Shown one piece after another: positions 62,280 through 64,000 of a stretch of DNA of 64,000 nucleotides. Source of the stretch: an uncultured Acidobacteriota bacterium (GTDB taxonomy: Bacteria; Acidobacteriota; Blastocatellia; RBC074); NCBI GenBank assembly GCA_963796275.1, contig CAWCKY010000006.1, forward strand, positions 1,146,981 to 1,210,980. The letters run 5' to 3'. Under the pieces are notes generated by a model. It was not told the DNA's origin, did no database searches, and saw only the letters and a list, made by a program, of their open reading frames with translations. Every line of letters starts with the position of its first letter. The stretch's first letter is position 1. A program made the position numbers and the translations under genes.

Positions 62280-63917
62280 TCACGCCTTACTTGAAGGCAT
62301 CAATTTTCCGCCTGGCAGCACGCGGAAACTCACGCCACGCCACTCGACTTCATCACCGACAAAACTCATAACCCATACGGCAAACGTAATCAGATCGCGT
62401 ACCGGCACCAGCCAGAACCAACGCGCGAGCGCCATGTCTTTCAGACCGAAGACCCCGATGACGAACACCGTCAGAAAACGGGTTAACAATGACATCGCAA
62501 ATAACCACCAGGCAAAACTTGAAAACCCCCAGGCGGCTAATGCCAGCAATGACGTGGCCGTTCCGTAGGTGAAAAGCAACCCACAATAACCCCAGGGCCG
62601 TGAGATACGGATCGCGCGCGCCCATCTCAGCTGCTGTTTCAGCATTGCGGCAAATCCTCCGGTCGCCGTGACGTGTTCGACCACATAATCCGAGAGCACA
62701 ATCTCGTAACCGGCTTTCGCCGTGTAATTGCCCAGAAGAAAATCGTCGGCGAGATAGTCGGCCACTACCTGAAATCCGCCGATTTGTTCGAGCAGATCGC
62801 GCCGCATCGCGATCGTTGATCCAAAGGCGAATGCGATGCCCTCGAGCGAACGCGACGAACAGACATCGGGGGCGAAGGTCGATGAAATGCCGATATTTTC
62901 CATCAAAGCCGCGTAAGTCTTCGCCTGCGAACCGCGATACAGACAGGTCACCATTCCGACCTGCGGCAGTTGTAGCGGGGCGATCACACGACGTAAGTAA
63001 TCTGTCCCGACGCGGATGTCGCTGTCCGCGATCAAGAACAGGCCGTGTTTGGCGCGCGCATACATATTTTGAAGGTTCGATACTTTCCCATTGTAGCCGC
63101 TCACGTTTTGCGAGATTACCAGCTCGATATCGCGATCGGGTGAGTCTGCAATCAAACGATTTATAATAGCCACAGCCGGATCGCTCTCGGCGCGCACACC
63201 GAAAATGACCTGAAATTCGGGATAGTCCTGCAGACAGAAACTCGCGAAATTATCATAAGCCTCGGTATCTGCGCCGGACACCGGCTTGAATATGGTAACG
63301 GGCGGCGTGTAGTTCAACCCGAGCGAACATTGCTTTCGACGATCGCGGAACCACGATATTCCTGCGAATAATGAGAACAGGTGGTATGCAATCGCCGCAC
63401 TCACGCATATAAGCAAGGCGAGGCGAACTAAAATTACCAACTGATTGGTAATCGGTGATTGGAAAAGGCCGACCGTTTCATCGGGCGCCAGAAGAGCGTA
63501 GAACTTATACGCCCAATTAGTCGCATTTGCGTTGAGGATCGATTCAATGCGGTCCGAAAGTGAAACGATCGATACACCGCAGGCAACCAGCAGAGTCCCC
63601 AGCCAACGTTCTTTCGACACTCGCTCTTTCAGGAAGAAATGCGCGCCGAGCGTGTTGGTTATGTAACCGACTGATGTCAGCGGCAGGATGAAACTCAATT
63701 CGGCGTAACTAAGCAGGCTGATGAAAGAGAAAAACGAGAGGGCCAGGGAACTGACGCCGGCGACCAGATAAAAATTGCGGACCATTCGCCAGATTGCGCC
63801 GATTAGAGCGCGTGGCCGAAAAGAGACTCGACCGACCTGTTTCATGCCTTTGGCGGCGAGTATCTCGCCCATTGAGCTGAAGGCGATCAGGCTCGTAAGA
63901 AGCAAGAATGTTTTCAT
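62280..63917 (-). CDS. Family-2 glycosyltransferase (ceramide-glucosyltransferase/HpnI-like) fused to an N-terminal EamA/DMT-like 4-TM domain
   Basis: N-terminal 4-TM small-transporter-like module (…FLLLTSLIAFSSMGEILAAKG…), then a GT2 catalytic region (…PEFQVIFGVRAESDPAVAIIN…DSDIRVGTDYL…) and C-terminal transmembrane helices. The probable start is MKTFLLL, after GGGAGAG. Confidence 0.65.
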   Translation of the reverse strand: MKTFLLLTSLIAFSSMGEILAAKGMKQVGRVSFRPRALIGAIWRMVRNFYLVAGVSSLALSFFSFISLLSYAELSFILPLTSVGYITNTLGAHFFLKERVSKERWLGTLLVACGVSIVSLSDRIESILNANATNWAYKFYALLAPDETVGLFQSPITNQLVILVRLALLICVSAAIAYHLFSLFAGISWFRDRRKQCSLGLNYTPPVTIFKPVSGADTEAYDNFASFCLQDYPEFQVIFGVRAESDPAVAIINRLIADSPDRDIELVISQNVSGYNGKVSNLQNMYARAKHGLFLIADSDIRVGTDYLRRVIAPLQLPQVGMVTCLYRGSQAKTYAALMENIGISSTFAPDVCSSRSLEGIAFAFGSTIAMRRDLLEQIGGFQVVADYLADDFLLGNYTAKAGYEIVLSDYVVEHVTATGGFAAMLKQQLRWARAIRISRPWGYCGLLFTYGTATSLLALAAWGFSSFAWWLFAMSLLTRFLTVFVIGVFGLKDMALARWFWLVPVRDLITFAVWVMSFVGDEVEWRGVSFRVLPGGKLMPSSKA

Positions 63918-64000
63918 ACTCTCCCTGCTTCTCTGCCGGTCGTGTGTTGTTCGGTACGCGATACTACAGCAACGCCCAGGCAAATTATTATCGTACCTAG

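Overview
This 64 kb window is a high-GC (about 58-60%) bacterial chromosomal segment. The gene content suggests an Acidobacteria-like organism: a PadR regulator paired with a roughly 890-aa duplicated FtsX/MacB-type orphan permease (ADOP family), a CarboxypepD_reg-type TonB-dependent receptor, a Ser/Thr kinase with TPR repeats, and a sigma-54 activator. The core is the conserved rimP-nusA-infB-rbfA-nrnA translation/transcription operon. Downstream are a tandem pair of small outer-membrane beta-barrel paralogues, a TlpA-like redoxin, a Tat-exported Gfo/Idh/MocA oxidoreductase, an M20 amidohydrolase, a TonB-dependent receptor, transaldolase and an FGGY sugar kinase. Then come a Ser/Thr kinase, an arginine cluster (argC-argB-GGCT-argD), hemA with a CcsA/HemX-like gene, an NfeD-flotillin pair and a small CAZyme/transport island (PL3 pectate lyase, GH13 amylase, MFS transporter, porin). 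A signalling cluster follows: a CbrA/CrbS-like sodium:solute-symporter-fused histidine kinase, a DUF3311 micro-protein, an orphan receiver, a sigma-54 NtrC-type regulator and a divergent GAF/PAS kinase. The remainder holds a heavily fragmented CHAT-TPR gene, a low-GC orphan segment, PadR plus ADOP permease, a roughly 460-nt structured non-coding leader before a DUF1326-like gene, a putative polymorphic-toxin (PT-TG domain) and immunity module, and miscellaneous genes (PNPOx/DUF2470, DUF488, SCO1-like, GT2 fusion). Four or more genes carry apparent single-nucleotide frameshifts (M20 peptidase, FGGY kinase, the toxin, CHAT-TPR). This pattern suggests uncorrected indel errors in the assembly, or genuine pseudogenisation. 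The most interesting observations are a family of strand-asymmetric palindromic elements built from AGTTTTC heptamer repeats (one fills the whole rimP-nusA spacer), the toxin-immunity candidate, an in-frame 9-bp microsatellite inside argC, and a structured non-coding RNA candidate. No rRNA, tRNA or CRISPR was recognised. Coordinates that I derived by hand inside ORFs are accurate to about 2 nt.
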